From: Candidatus Firestoneibacteriota bacterium
GTDB taxonomy: Bacteria; Oederibacteriota; D2-FULL-39-29; JBDRBU01
DNA: 52,313 bases
Reading direction: 5' to 3'
Assembly (NCBI GenBank): GCA_043822305.1
Contig: JBDRBU010000039.1
Span: forward strand, 1-52,313
Shown: positions 25,416-34,997 of the stretch, piece after piece
How the letters are laid out: each line of letters opens with the position of its first letter
How positions within the stretch are numbered: position 1 is the first letter of the stretch
Translations under genes and position numbers: made by a program
The notes under the pieces: model-generated
What the model saw: the letters and a program-made list of their open reading frames with translations, nothing else
The model's database searches: none
Told to the model about the DNA's origin: nothing

Positions 25416-26516
25416 CTATTTATCATTCTTTGCCGCTTCAAGTCGCAAGCGAGCCATCCGTATTGATTCATTCAGTTTCTTTTCAAGTACTTCACGAGGC
25501 GGTAATTCTGTTAAATAATCCGCGACTCGTATACCGCTTTTTCCAAGTTCCAACAATTCCACCTGCTCATCGGATTTTCCTGCACAAAGAATCAGCCCAA
25601 GAGGATGCGATTCTCCCGGATTTCTCTCGTATTTATCCAACCATCGCAAATAAATTTCCATTTGACCTTTATATTCCGGTTTGAATTTATCCAGTTTTAA
25701 CTCTATGGCAACAAGTCTTTTTAAACCCCTATGATAAAACAGCAAATCCAGATAAAAATCATCTCCCCCTATTATCATACGTTTTTGTCTGGCAAGAAAC
25801 GAAAAACCCGTTCCTATTTCTAAAATAAATGCTTCAAGATCGCTCAATATTGCAGATTCAATATCTTTTTCCTGATAAGCGCCTTTAAGCCCCAAAAAAT
25901 CCAGAAAATATGGATCTCTAAATACAAGATCTGGCGTTAGTTTGTCCTCTTCACGCAGTTTGGAAAGTTCAATGTGGGCAAGTTTTTCCGGTTTTTTCGA
26001 CAGTGCTGTTCGTTCAAATAGCATACCGCCTATTTTTGCCCTCAGTGTTCTTACATTCCAACGCTCTATTCTGCACATTTCTGCATAAAAATCGCGTGCA
26101 AGTTGATCTTTAACCGGTAATATCTCTACAAAATGGCTCCAACTTAATTGTCGTGACAGTGTCACGACAATCTGTTCGATTGGGAAACATTCAGCAAATT
26201 TTACCATTCGCGCCAAATTGCGATCACTAAAACCATCACCATATAAAGGCATCAATTTTGCCGACAGTGTCGGCAAAATCTCCAATCCGTATTCTGCTCT
26301 TTTTTCTTTGAGTATTTCCCGTCTTATTCGGTCCCCTACATGCCAGTAAAGCATCGTTAATTCAGTATTAGCAAAGTAGGCCACCCGCCCGCGAGCAGAT
26401 TCTATAAGCCCTCGTATTTCGGATAAGATATTGCTGTTTGCAGGATTAAAAGCAGTGATCACCGCCATTTTCTTAATTCTAATATTCTTTTTACCTTCCC
26501 CTTCTATATTTTTCAT
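25416..26516 (-). CDS. YhcG/DUF1016 PD-(D/E)XK nuclease
   Basis: LYW.VG, LSWSHF, FRDPY.LDFL, G.GF.F..RQ, DLLFYH, IELK, GQM..Y, GLILC. Confidence 0.92.
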   Translation of the reverse strand: MKNIEGEGKKNIRIKKMAVITAFNPANSNILSEIRGLIESARGRVAYFANTELTMLYWHVGDRIRREILKEKRAEYGLEILPTLSAKLMPLYGDGFSDRNLARMVKFAECFPIEQIVVTLSRQLSWSHFVEILPVKDQLARDFYAEMCRIERWNVRTLRAKIGGMLFERTALSKKPEKLAHIELSKLREEDKLTPDLVFRDPYFLDFLGLKGAYQEKDIESAILSDLEAFILEIGTGFSFLARQKRMIIGGDDFYLDLLFYHRGLKRLVAIELKLDKFKPEYKGQMEIYLRWLDKYERNPGESHPLGLILCAGKSDEQVELLELGKSGIRVADYLTELPPREVLEKKLNESIRMARLRLEAAKNDK

Positions 26517-26537
26517 TTAACTCCCCGCATTTAAGGT

Positions 26538-26680
26538 AATATTTTTATGCATTATCCTACCTGCGATGCAAATACATTAAAAACCAAATACCATCAATAC
26601 AAATAAAAGTGTATTTTCTTTTGAAAAAAAGCGATGTTCTATTGAAGAAAGAGAAATTTATTCCTTATCATTAACCTCAT
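26538..26680 (-). pseudogene. Decayed duplicate of the cas4 5' end
   Basis: Frameshifted translation ISLSSIEH..FICIDGIWF.NVF...GRIMHKNI matches Cas4 LALSGIQH..FIHIESIWFENVFTAEGRIMHENV. Confidence 0.8.
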
Positions 26681-26683
26681 ATA

Positions 26684-27598
26684 TTATAGTTTTTCTACTA
26701 TTTTATTTGGATTATATATTTCAGGAGTAATTTCTGCAATCTTTTTCACTTTTATTGAATATTCTTCTGCTGTTTTTGGCACCTCAACTTTTGGGGCAAC
26801 TTCTAACGTTCGATGGATAACTGCAGATGAATATTGCCCTGTAGGACAATTATGTTGCCACCATATTACAGCTATGACTTCCATACTGCCTTCGGGTCTC
26901 GCAGAAGAAGCATCATTATCAAACAAATGCTCAAGCGAGTTTTTTATTGCTTTTGCATCTTCATCACTAAATCCTGTTTTTGAAGCAAGCTGTGGATTTG
27001 CAGAACCATACGATACATATAAACCATAATCAACACGGTGCTTCATTCCCATTGTATCAGATGCTTTCTTTTTACCATCCCCTTCCCCACTAACGCTTTT
27101 AGTAATTTGGATACTGCTCACTTCAATCGGTAAAACAGAAAAAGCGGGATGGATTGAAACAGGGCCGCGTATTCCGATAGAAACACTTTCTTCTGTCTGA
27201 TCATTTTCAGCACTACCTTCATTTTTATTTTTCTTGCTTTTCCCACTTTCCTTTTTATATGCAAAAACCTGGCCAAAAGCACGAACATCTATCCATTTTT
27301 TACACGCTGCCTCACTAAATTTTTCTTTGTCCTTTATCACATCACCCAATTCACCTTTTACTCTGTCACGCAGACTTTTATAATTATCTGCTCTATTATC
27401 GTCCGACTGAACAAATATGGCATTTCCAGCATCCATCAAGCGGTTTCTGATTTTACGCTTTAGGCAAACATCAGAAACTTCTCCCATCCCATCGTAATTA
27501 ATCCGTGGACGGTTTCCATTAAGAGGGTCCCCGTTTGGATTAGCATTTTTTACGCTGAATACAATTGCAAAATCAATTTTATTCTTTAAGCTGGTCAT
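26684..27598 (-). CDS. cas7: Cas7c/Csd2
   Basis: NPNGDP..GNRPR, SDVCLKRKIRN, DVRAFG, GPVS, TMGMKH, ND.SSARP. Confidence 0.96.
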   Translation of the reverse strand: MTSLKNKIDFAIVFSVKNANPNGDPLNGNRPRINYDGMGEVSDVCLKRKIRNRLMDAGNAIFVQSDDNRADNYKSLRDRVKGELGDVIKDKEKFSEAACKKWIDVRAFGQVFAYKKESGKSKKNKNEGSAENDQTEESVSIGIRGPVSIHPAFSVLPIEVSSIQITKSVSGEGDGKKKASDTMGMKHRVDYGLYVSYGSANPQLASKTGFSDEDAKAIKNSLEHLFDNDASSARPEGSMEVIAVIWWQHNCPTGQYSSAVIHRTLEVAPKVEVPKTAEEYSIKVKKIAEITPEIYNPNKIVEKL

Positions 27599-27619
27599 AG
27601 TAATTCCTCCTTATGTTTT

Positions 27620-29590
27620 TTACTGAGTTTCCTCAGTATTATTATCTTTCTTTTTAGATTTACTTATTTCTATTTCTTCTCCTATCTTTGCTAACTGACA
27701 ATGATAGCCAAGCAGATATTCACCGGATAGTTTCTTATCGCTGGTGAAATCATTTTCTGCAAACATGTTCACAACTTCGGTGATATTTTCTTGTTGCTTC
27801 TTTGACTTTTTTCCCAATCTTGCTTTATATGGCGATAAGGATAATTCAATTGTTCTCCAAGTACTGTAAGGATGATCAGAAAACCTCTGCATTAATCTTG
27901 CAGCATTTGTTTGTCTTTTTTCACCAGAACTTTCTAAAGCCCATTGCTCAAGATTATCAGCCAATGCCAAAAGTCTTCCGTAAAGATAATCTCTTGTCTT
28001 TCTGTTTTCATCTAAAGCCATATCATATCCCTCCTTTTCTTTATATTTTTTATAAAGCGCACAAGCGATGCTCAATGTCTTTTTCCATTCCCATTTTTCC
28101 AACCCTCCCCTATTGGAAGCTCTTCTAACAGCAGATTCAACAATATCTCGAGAAATTTGCAATCCATCAATTATACATGGTAATATTCGTTCGACGGTTG
28201 CCTTCTTGATTTTTTCATCAGATTTGCTTCCATACGCTGCTTCCGCAATATCTTTTGGAGCAGGCGCACCAACAAATGAAATGTATTTTTTTATTTTCTT
28301 ATTACCTTCAATTACATCTATATACCGATAATTATGTGCCCACTTACAGGATTCATGCCAGTTTTCAACTCTCTCTAAAAATTCAGATCCTGTTAATTCT
28401 CGATAAAATGTAATTGCCATACGACCGGGAGTTGCTGAATCAAGCCCCATAACCACAATTCTTTCTGTATTCCCTAATTCGGCCTTGTATCCTGCTATTT
28501 TATTCTTCAGCTTCAAAGCAAAAATCTGTGCTGTTGCATCAGAAGCAACGTCATCCTCCTTAAATTCTTCCTCTCCTAAAAAAGATAGCGAGTCATCACG
28601 AAGGTCAGGAGTTTGTTTTCCAGAGATTGCCCAAGAAACAATTGTTGGATCACCTTTATATCCTTGACGGCTGATAAGCCAACGTAAAGTGTTATGAGCT
28701 TTTTGCGTTATTTCAAAACCAACACCACAAGTTTGATATCTATTGTTTTTAGCAGAGTCATTAAAGCGGCCTCGAAATGTAAAACCGTCCCAGTCATTGG
28801 AAGATATAATTTTTGCTTTATCTCCATCATTTCTTAACTTAGCAGAATGCATATCTGTTGCAAATAATTCTTTGCCGGTAACATAACAGAGGGTTTTAGT
28901 GTTTTTTGTACTTTTATAATACTCCATCCAACTGTCCCAGAGAGTTTTATCCTCCCATACTTTTGAGCAAGGATCATTAGATACTTCTACTTCCCATCTG
29001 ACAAAAGCGTCTTGCTGCCATTCAGTACCCTTAATACGATTGAACAAATCCGTTTTTTTACTTTGCGTTCCATCCCATTTCTTCAAAAGTTTTTCATCTT
29101 CACCCAGAACCAATATTTTATAAGCAATTAAATTTTCAATCACATTGCCTTTTGTTATAAACTTTAAGACAGCTTTTGCTTTTTGATGACTAAAATTAGA
29201 ATTACACCATTGTTCCAAAAGCTCTTTGTAAGAATCGTGATAAATCTTATAATCTTTAGGCTTTTTATTCTTCTTATCATCTTTCTTCTTTTGATAATAG
29301 TCCACATAATCTTTGGCTATGTATTGCAGTTTATCACACAAAGGATGGGGCGATTCTCCGCTTGTTCGACCACCAGAACTTTCTGTACAGGGAATAATTG
29401 TTCTTGCATCGTTTATAGAAACAACTCTGGCTCTCTTAAAATTACCTTGCACATCTATTACTATCTCAATATGTGCTTTCTGCGTCGTGTGGCAAATTGG
29501 TAAAAGAGGCACTTCGTTTTCATTATCTGTATTGCCAATCATCGACTGGCAATTTTCATAGGTTTCATAAAGTTTTTGAATCCAACTCAT
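27620..29590 (-). CDS. cas8c: Cas8c/Csd1
   Basis: MSWIQKLYETY start behind GGAGG; PHPLCDKLQY, CYVTG, ISSND, YLYGRLLA, LLGYH.Q. Confidence 0.95.
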   Translation of the reverse strand: MSWIQKLYETYENCQSMIGNTDNENEVPLLPICHTTQKAHIEIVIDVQGNFKRARVVSINDARTIIPCTESSGGRTSGESPHPLCDKLQYIAKDYVDYYQKKKDDKKNKKPKDYKIYHDSYKELLEQWCNSNFSHQKAKAVLKFITKGNVIENLIAYKILVLGEDEKLLKKWDGTQSKKTDLFNRIKGTEWQQDAFVRWEVEVSNDPCSKVWEDKTLWDSWMEYYKSTKNTKTLCYVTGKELFATDMHSAKLRNDGDKAKIISSNDWDGFTFRGRFNDSAKNNRYQTCGVGFEITQKAHNTLRWLISRQGYKGDPTIVSWAISGKQTPDLRDDSLSFLGEEEFKEDDVASDATAQIFALKLKNKIAGYKAELGNTERIVVMGLDSATPGRMAITFYRELTGSEFLERVENWHESCKWAHNYRYIDVIEGNKKIKKYISFVGAPAPKDIAEAAYGSKSDEKIKKATVERILPCIIDGLQISRDIVESAVRRASNRGGLEKWEWKKTLSIACALYKKYKEKEGYDMALDENRKTRDYLYGRLLALADNLEQWALESSGEKRQTNAARLMQRFSDHPYSTWRTIELSLSPYKARLGKKSKKQQENITEVVNMFAENDFTSDKKLSGEYLLGYHCQLAKIGEEIEISKSKKKDNNTEETQ

Positions 29591-30353
29591 TCGCCACCTC
29601 CTTTTCACAAAAGCTATCCAATATACCATATTCATTAGTTCCAATTGTTAATAGCGTTGCATCTTTCATTGATCTTAGATACTTTCGTATTTCACAATCC
29701 TCAGGACGTATAAACTCGATTACGCCATTCTTCATTTTTGGTCGCCAAAAACGCGACCAAAATTCATCTTTCTCAAATTCACTTGGATAATCAAACCCAT
29801 GAAACATCAAATCAAATCCGACTTCGCCATAATTATCGTAAAAACTGCTTCCTTCCGCAAATTTACATGGTTCAACATAGCCCTGACATTCGCGCGCTCC
29901 CAAAAATATATCTCGTCTCCCTCCCTTTTCAATCATTCGTTTAGCAACAAAATAATGTTTATTTTCATTTCTATCATTTTCTAAATCTTCTCTTTTAAAA
30001 TTCCATTCAAAGTGTGCTTGAACTTGATATTCAACATCTGATAGATAGGTGTAAATTGAAAGACTATTGAAAGGTTCTTTTTTTTTACTCATATCCCGCA
30101 AACCAGGATAAACACCGTTATAATTCAATGGCTTAGCACTCTTTGTTTGTGTCCTTATCGGCTTCATAATTCTTACTTTATCTATAATCCATATAATAGT
30201 TGGCTTCCAATATACAGAACTCATAATTCCCTTAATCGCCTCGTAAGTTGGAATATGATAAGAGCATTTTTCACCTCCAATTTTGGTCAATGGGTCAGAA
30301 AAAAGCGCGTATTTCGCTGTTACTTTAAACTCTACGATATTTTTCATTTTCAT
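29565..30353 (-). CDS. cas5: Cas5c
   Basis: YALFSDP..K.GGEK.SY..PTYEA, YWKP, FLGAREC. Confidence 0.96.
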   Translation of the reverse strand: MKMKNIVEFKVTAKYALFSDPLTKIGGEKCSYHIPTYEAIKGIMSSVYWKPTIIWIIDKVRIMKPIRTQTKSAKPLNYNGVYPGLRDMSKKKEPFNSLSIYTYLSDVEYQVQAHFEWNFKREDLENDRNENKHYFVAKRMIEKGGRRDIFLGARECQGYVEPCKFAEGSSFYDNYGEVGFDLMFHGFDYPSEFEKDEFWSRFWRPKMKNGVIEFIRPEDCEIRKYLRSMKDATLLTIGTNEYGILDSFCEKEVANELDSKTL

Positions 30354-30368
30354 GGATTACCCTCCTTG

Positions 30369-32864
30369 CTATAGGCATTGATAACTAATTTGTTCTACCG
30401 GATTTTCCACCAATCCAATTATATCACTATAATAATTTTTATGAACACATAATACATCTATACCTTTCTGTGCTTGAAAAACCGCGCCGTTCTCAATCAA
30501 TTTACCCAACACATTAGAAAACACATTAACAGAATAACGCTGAGATCTTTTTAACAATTTATATTGTTTTTTTATGTCTTCTTCAGAACAGAGATCATTA
30601 ATAATTTTCTTTCCTTCATCACTGTATGGTACAACTACCCCACGAGTAGGTGCATTAATCACACAAAAAGACTTCGAAGCGGACATGAATGCTTGTCTTA
30701 AAAAAATCTGCGGGTACTCTTGATTATTTATACGCTTAAACTCTTTTACAGACAAAACATTTGTAGAGAGCAAAGTAAACAGGTCATCATTTCTGCCAAC
30801 CACAGATACTTCGTTAACAGGATACTTCATCTCGTCTTTTCTTTCGTAGAAATAGTATTTGTAATACAGTTCCATCGCTTTAGGCCCAAGAATATCGTTG
30901 TCAAATTTATCGGGGTTGTTTTTAAACTCATCCAATACTCTTTCTGCCTTTTCTTTTCCTATTCGTATATCTCTTAGTTTGTTTAGATTTTCTGTTGCAG
31001 AATTTATTATTAAAACCTTTCCTAACTCAGATCTTCTACCATGCCTATTACATCTTCCTGCAGCTTGAGCAATGGAGTCCAATCCAGATAAAAACCGGAT
31101 AACAGAACCAAAATCAATATCTATCCCTGCTTCAATTAACTGTGTGCTAATACATAAAACTAATTTTTTATCATCTAGACTTGCCCTCATTTCAGCAAGT
31201 CTATCTATTCGGTGAGCAGGGCACATATTTGTACTCAAATGAAATATTTCAGATTTCTTGTTTTGTAAGCATTGTTGATATAATTCATAAGCTGCCGTTT
31301 TAGTATTTACAATCACTAGTGTACTACCTGTCGTTTTAAGACTCTCGAAAATCAAATCTTTTATTTCTTCATTTTTCCAGCCGCCTTCTTTTCTTTTATC
31401 AAATATTTCAACTCTTTTAAGATCATTAAAAAGTTTTTTTGCATTTGGAATTATTTTTTGGTTATCCTCTATCTTTAGCGATCTGGATACTGGTTCTACT
31501 TTATCAAGCAGCGGTTGTGTTGCAGTACATAGCAATACTGTTGCTCCACAATTATTTACCAAGAAGTTTATTGCTACATTGAACAAATGGACGCATTTTA
31601 ATGGTATTGCTTGAACTTCATCAAATACAATTACTGCATTTGCTAACTGATGCATTTTTCTAGCGTTCCTAGTACCATAGCCAAAAAGCGACTCCAATAA
31701 CTGCACATTTGTAGTAATTACGATAGGAGCATCCCAATCCTCGGAAAGTATTTTTTGTTTTTTGCTTTCCTTTTCAGGGGTTAAATTTGAATGATGCTCT
31801 AACACTACTCTATTTAGATATTTCCCTTTTTTATCTTTATCTTCCAGTATAATTCTAATTTCTTCAGCATTCTGGTCAATAATTGAAGTATAAGGAAGTA
31901 CATATATTATTCTATCCATCTTATGATCTTTTGCATGATACAGTCCAAAACGAAGGCTAGCAAGAGTTTTCCCTCCACCAGTCGGTACAGTTAATTGATA
32001 TAATCCTTTAGACTGCTTAGAAAATTTCTGACATTGTTCGGAAACATAACATCTTAATTCATCAATTTTGTTCTCGTTTTTAAATAATTTTAGTTTAAAA
32101 TCTAACTTCTCAATCAGCGTATCCCACGATATATATCTACCATTGTTCCTTAGTTTTGCTAAAGCCGGAGATTCAAAGTCGGCAGTATCAAGTCTATCAG
32201 CATCTATCAAACAACTATATAGAAAACGAATCATCAGCCCTGATTTAAAATAATAAGTTTCTTTAGAATCTTTATTTTTTTTAAAAAAACTTTTAAGAGC
32301 TTTTACTATGTCTTCAATCAATTCTTTTGATGTTAAATTTCTTTCAATAAGTTCCTTGAAATCTTTATCTAACTTACCCCATACTTCATTTAAATGTGTT
32401 TTTTCTTCAGCCTTCTTCATCCGATTATTAAAAATATCTTTGCCTTCAGGCGAAATACAATCAATTAATCCAGAATGATGTGATGCGATACATAATGATA
32501 GCGCTTGTACAGCAGCATTATTTACAGAATCATCACTACAAGCATTTTTGTTAAACAACTTATTAAAGATTAATTGTGCCCCTGCACTGGAATGATCCAC
32601 TCTGCCTTTTTTACCAACTGAATCCACATAATCATCCTCATCAGGTGCAATTAAACCAACAGCAGATTTAATATAATCACTAAACTTCTTGCTAACTTTG
32701 CCTAAGTCATGTAATAATCCTATCAGTTCGCCTTGTTTCTTTAATCCAATTTTTGAAGCAAATATTCCTGCTTGTTTAGACACATTTTTAAGATGACTTA
32801 ATAAATCCTGTATTTTTCCATCTTTTTCTCTTCTATGCGCAATATAAATTTCATGTTTTGACAC
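30369..32864 (-). CDS. cas3: Cas3 (HD nuclease + SF2 helicase)
   Basis: HDLGK, HH, DAD; PTGGGKT, DEVQ, TAT, QAAGRCNR. Confidence 0.96.
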   Translation of the reverse strand: MSKHEIYIAHRREKDGKIQDLLSHLKNVSKQAGIFASKIGLKKQGELIGLLHDLGKVSKKFSDYIKSAVGLIAPDEDDYVDSVGKKGRVDHSSAGAQLIFNKLFNKNACSDDSVNNAAVQALSLCIASHHSGLIDCISPEGKDIFNNRMKKAEEKTHLNEVWGKLDKDFKELIERNLTSKELIEDIVKALKSFFKKNKDSKETYYFKSGLMIRFLYSCLIDADRLDTADFESPALAKLRNNGRYISWDTLIEKLDFKLKLFKNENKIDELRCYVSEQCQKFSKQSKGLYQLTVPTGGGKTLASLRFGLYHAKDHKMDRIIYVLPYTSIIDQNAEEIRIILEDKDKKGKYLNRVVLEHHSNLTPEKESKKQKILSEDWDAPIVITTNVQLLESLFGYGTRNARKMHQLANAVIVFDEVQAIPLKCVHLFNVAINFLVNNCGATVLLCTATQPLLDKVEPVSRSLKIEDNQKIIPNAKKLFNDLKRVEIFDKRKEGGWKNEEIKDLIFESLKTTGSTLVIVNTKTAAYELYQQCLQNKKSEIFHLSTNMCPAHRIDRLAEMRASLDDKKLVLCISTQLIEAGIDIDFGSVIRFLSGLDSIAQAAGRCNRHGRRSELGKVLIINSATENLNKLRDIRIGKEKAERVLDEFKNNPDKFDNDILGPKAMELYYKYYFYERKDEMKYPVNEVSVVGRNDDLFTLLSTNVLSVKEFKRINNQEYPQIFLRQAFMSASKSFCVINAPTRGVVVPYSDEGKKIINDLCSEEDIKKQYKLLKRSQRYSVNVFSNVLGKLIENGAVFQAQKGIDVLCVHKNYYSDIIGLVENPVEQISYQCL

Positions 32865-33096
32865 AAATTACTCCCTTAAGTCACCTTTTCGAGGTCATTT
32901 AAAAACTCCCGATGTAAATTTTTTAAGAGATTCTATTATACTTTTCTTTCTTTTCCAATCCAACTTTTTTTGTAAACTTTTCCACTTTTCCCGATTTTTC
33001 ACTTTTTCCCTCATTTTATGCTATATGCTCACAACTCCTTTTAATAGTGTTTGCCATTCCTTATCGGCTTCCTTGCTGGAATGAGCATAAAATACT

Positions 33097-34947
33097 TTAG
33101 GTTCGGTCAAAAGGTATCTCCTTGTGCTTTTCTATCTTAGGAAACATCATACTATCTGCAAAAATATCCTGGAAACATGGTGAGGATGATAAATCAACAT
33201 ACTTTACATTTTTAGCAATTTCTTCTGCTTCTTTTCTTGAATCAACTGAGACTAATGCTTTTCTTGCTCCTTCTTCGGCTGCATTGCCACAGAATATTAT
33301 TTTTTCTAAACTTATTTGAGGAATTAAACCTATAGCCAGAGCTTTTTCTGCTCTAATATAATTACCAAAAGCACCTGCTATTAAAACTTCTTTTATTTCG
33401 TTAGCACCTATTCCTAATTCTTTCATTAGAATGGTGATACCGGCTAACATCGCCCCTTTTGCCAGTTGAATTTCCCTTATATCTTTTTGATTTAATGTTA
33501 TCTTTTTATCATCGTCTTCTACAAATACAAATTCATTTCCATTCTCATGAACCCTTATCCTTGATCTTAGTTCTTGAGGCAATATATCTTTTAACTCATC
33601 AGGGGATTTTATTCGACCAGTCACATCAACAATATTATTTTCTACCAGGGAAGCCATGGCATCAATTAATCCACTCCCACAAAATCCTCTTGGTAAAGTA
33701 TCTCCTATTGTTTTGTAGGAAATTTGACCATTGATAATATCTATTCTTTCAATTGCACCATTGGACGCTCTCATTCCATGTTTTATATGTGCTCCTTCAA
33801 AGGCAGGACCAGCCGCACATGATGCACAAAGTAATTTTTTACTATTACCCAGAACGACTTCACCGTTTGTTCCTATATCAATGGCTAACTTAATATCCTT
33901 ACTTTTATGTAAATCTGTGGCTAATATTACTCCCACAGTATCTCCTCCTACCCATCCTCCTATAATCGGGAAGACATTAACAAGTCCTTCTGGATTAATA
34001 TTTATATTAAGTTGTTTTGGTTTAATTCTAATAATACTTTGCCCTAATTTTGGTGTAAAAGGATAAACCGCCAGACTTGATGGTTCTACCTTTAAGAGCA
34101 AATGTTCCATGGTAGTATTGCCTGCAAAAACTACATCATAGATTTTATCTGGCATAATATCTGCTTCTTCGCAGGCCTCTGTAATTATTTTATTAATTAT
34201 ATGAATAATTTTATTGTTTAAATTCTTTAATCCATTTTTATTCTGGATACAAAAATCTAATCTAGAAATTACATCATCACCATATACAACCTGTGGATTC
34301 ATATCTGCTGAAACTCCCTTTATTAGACCAGTATTTAGTTCTACAAGAGTTCCAACCACAGTAGTAGTACCTATATCAAATGCCATTCCATATAATTCAC
34401 CGGTGGTATCTTTTGATTCTAAACTTACTAATTCTTCATTCATTATTATTGCAGTAATAAAACCTTTGCTTTTTTTTATAACATCTTTAAATGATTCTAG
34501 TTTTATTGATAGTTTTAAGTTTGATTTCCTGATTTTTTCTTTTAAAGAATGAACATTTTCAAAACTAAAAATTGTTTTTTTAACAGCTGGCTTTAAACAA
34601 ACCTGAGTAGCCATACCCGAATCTAAAATTTTTTGAGTTTGCAATCTTGAACTTCCCGGAATAGATATCACCACATTCCCTAAAATTTTAGTTCTACAGG
34701 CAAGTCTAATTCCTTTGGCCATTTCTTCTTTTGATAAAAGTTCTTGTTCAATATAATCCACAGGAGAAACATTACCCTCTATCTCAACTTTACATTTGCC
34801 ACATTTACCAACCGCACCGCATGGGAAATCTAAATTAATATTTGCTTCATGAATAGCAGCAGCAATAGTAATATTTTGATGGATATGTATTTTTTTACCC
34901 TCTGGCTGGAAAATAACTTTTATTTTACTCATTCCTTGACTTCCCAT
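33097..34947 (-). CDS. ASKHA-domain corrinoid reactivating ATPase (RACo/DUF4445) with N-terminal 2Fe-2S domain; start may be 34932
   Basis: CGAVGKCGKC...RLAC, DIGTTT, GNTTM, DIGTNGE, AAGPAFEG, AGAFG. Confidence 0.9.
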   Translation of the reverse strand: MGSQGMSKIKVIFQPEGKKIHIHQNITIAAAIHEANINLDFPCGAVGKCGKCKVEIEGNVSPVDYIEQELLSKEEMAKGIRLACRTKILGNVVISIPGSSRLQTQKILDSGMATQVCLKPAVKKTIFSFENVHSLKEKIRKSNLKLSIKLESFKDVIKKSKGFITAIIMNEELVSLESKDTTGELYGMAFDIGTTTVVGTLVELNTGLIKGVSADMNPQVVYGDDVISRLDFCIQNKNGLKNLNNKIIHIINKIITEACEEADIMPDKIYDVVFAGNTTMEHLLLKVEPSSLAVYPFTPKLGQSIIRIKPKQLNININPEGLVNVFPIIGGWVGGDTVGVILATDLHKSKDIKLAIDIGTNGEVVLGNSKKLLCASCAAGPAFEGAHIKHGMRASNGAIERIDIINGQISYKTIGDTLPRGFCGSGLIDAMASLVENNIVDVTGRIKSPDELKDILPQELRSRIRVHENGNEFVFVEDDDKKITLNQKDIREIQLAKGAMLAGITILMKELGIGANEIKEVLIAGAFGNYIRAEKALAIGLIPQISLEKIIFCGNAAEEGARKALVSVDSRKEAEEIAKNVKYVDLSSSPCFQDIFADSMMFPKIEKHKEIPFDRT

Positions 34948-34997
34948 AATGTAAATAAAATATTAGGAATAGTTGCCCGCATTAGGCGGGCAGACTA
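34937..34997 (+). repeat. ~60-bp structured dispersed repeat, copy B
   Basis: TGACTTCCCATAATGTAAATAAAATATTAGGAATAGTTGCCCGCATTAGGCGGGCAGACTA; its TAG is the stop of the PorV-like gene. Confidence 0.85.
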
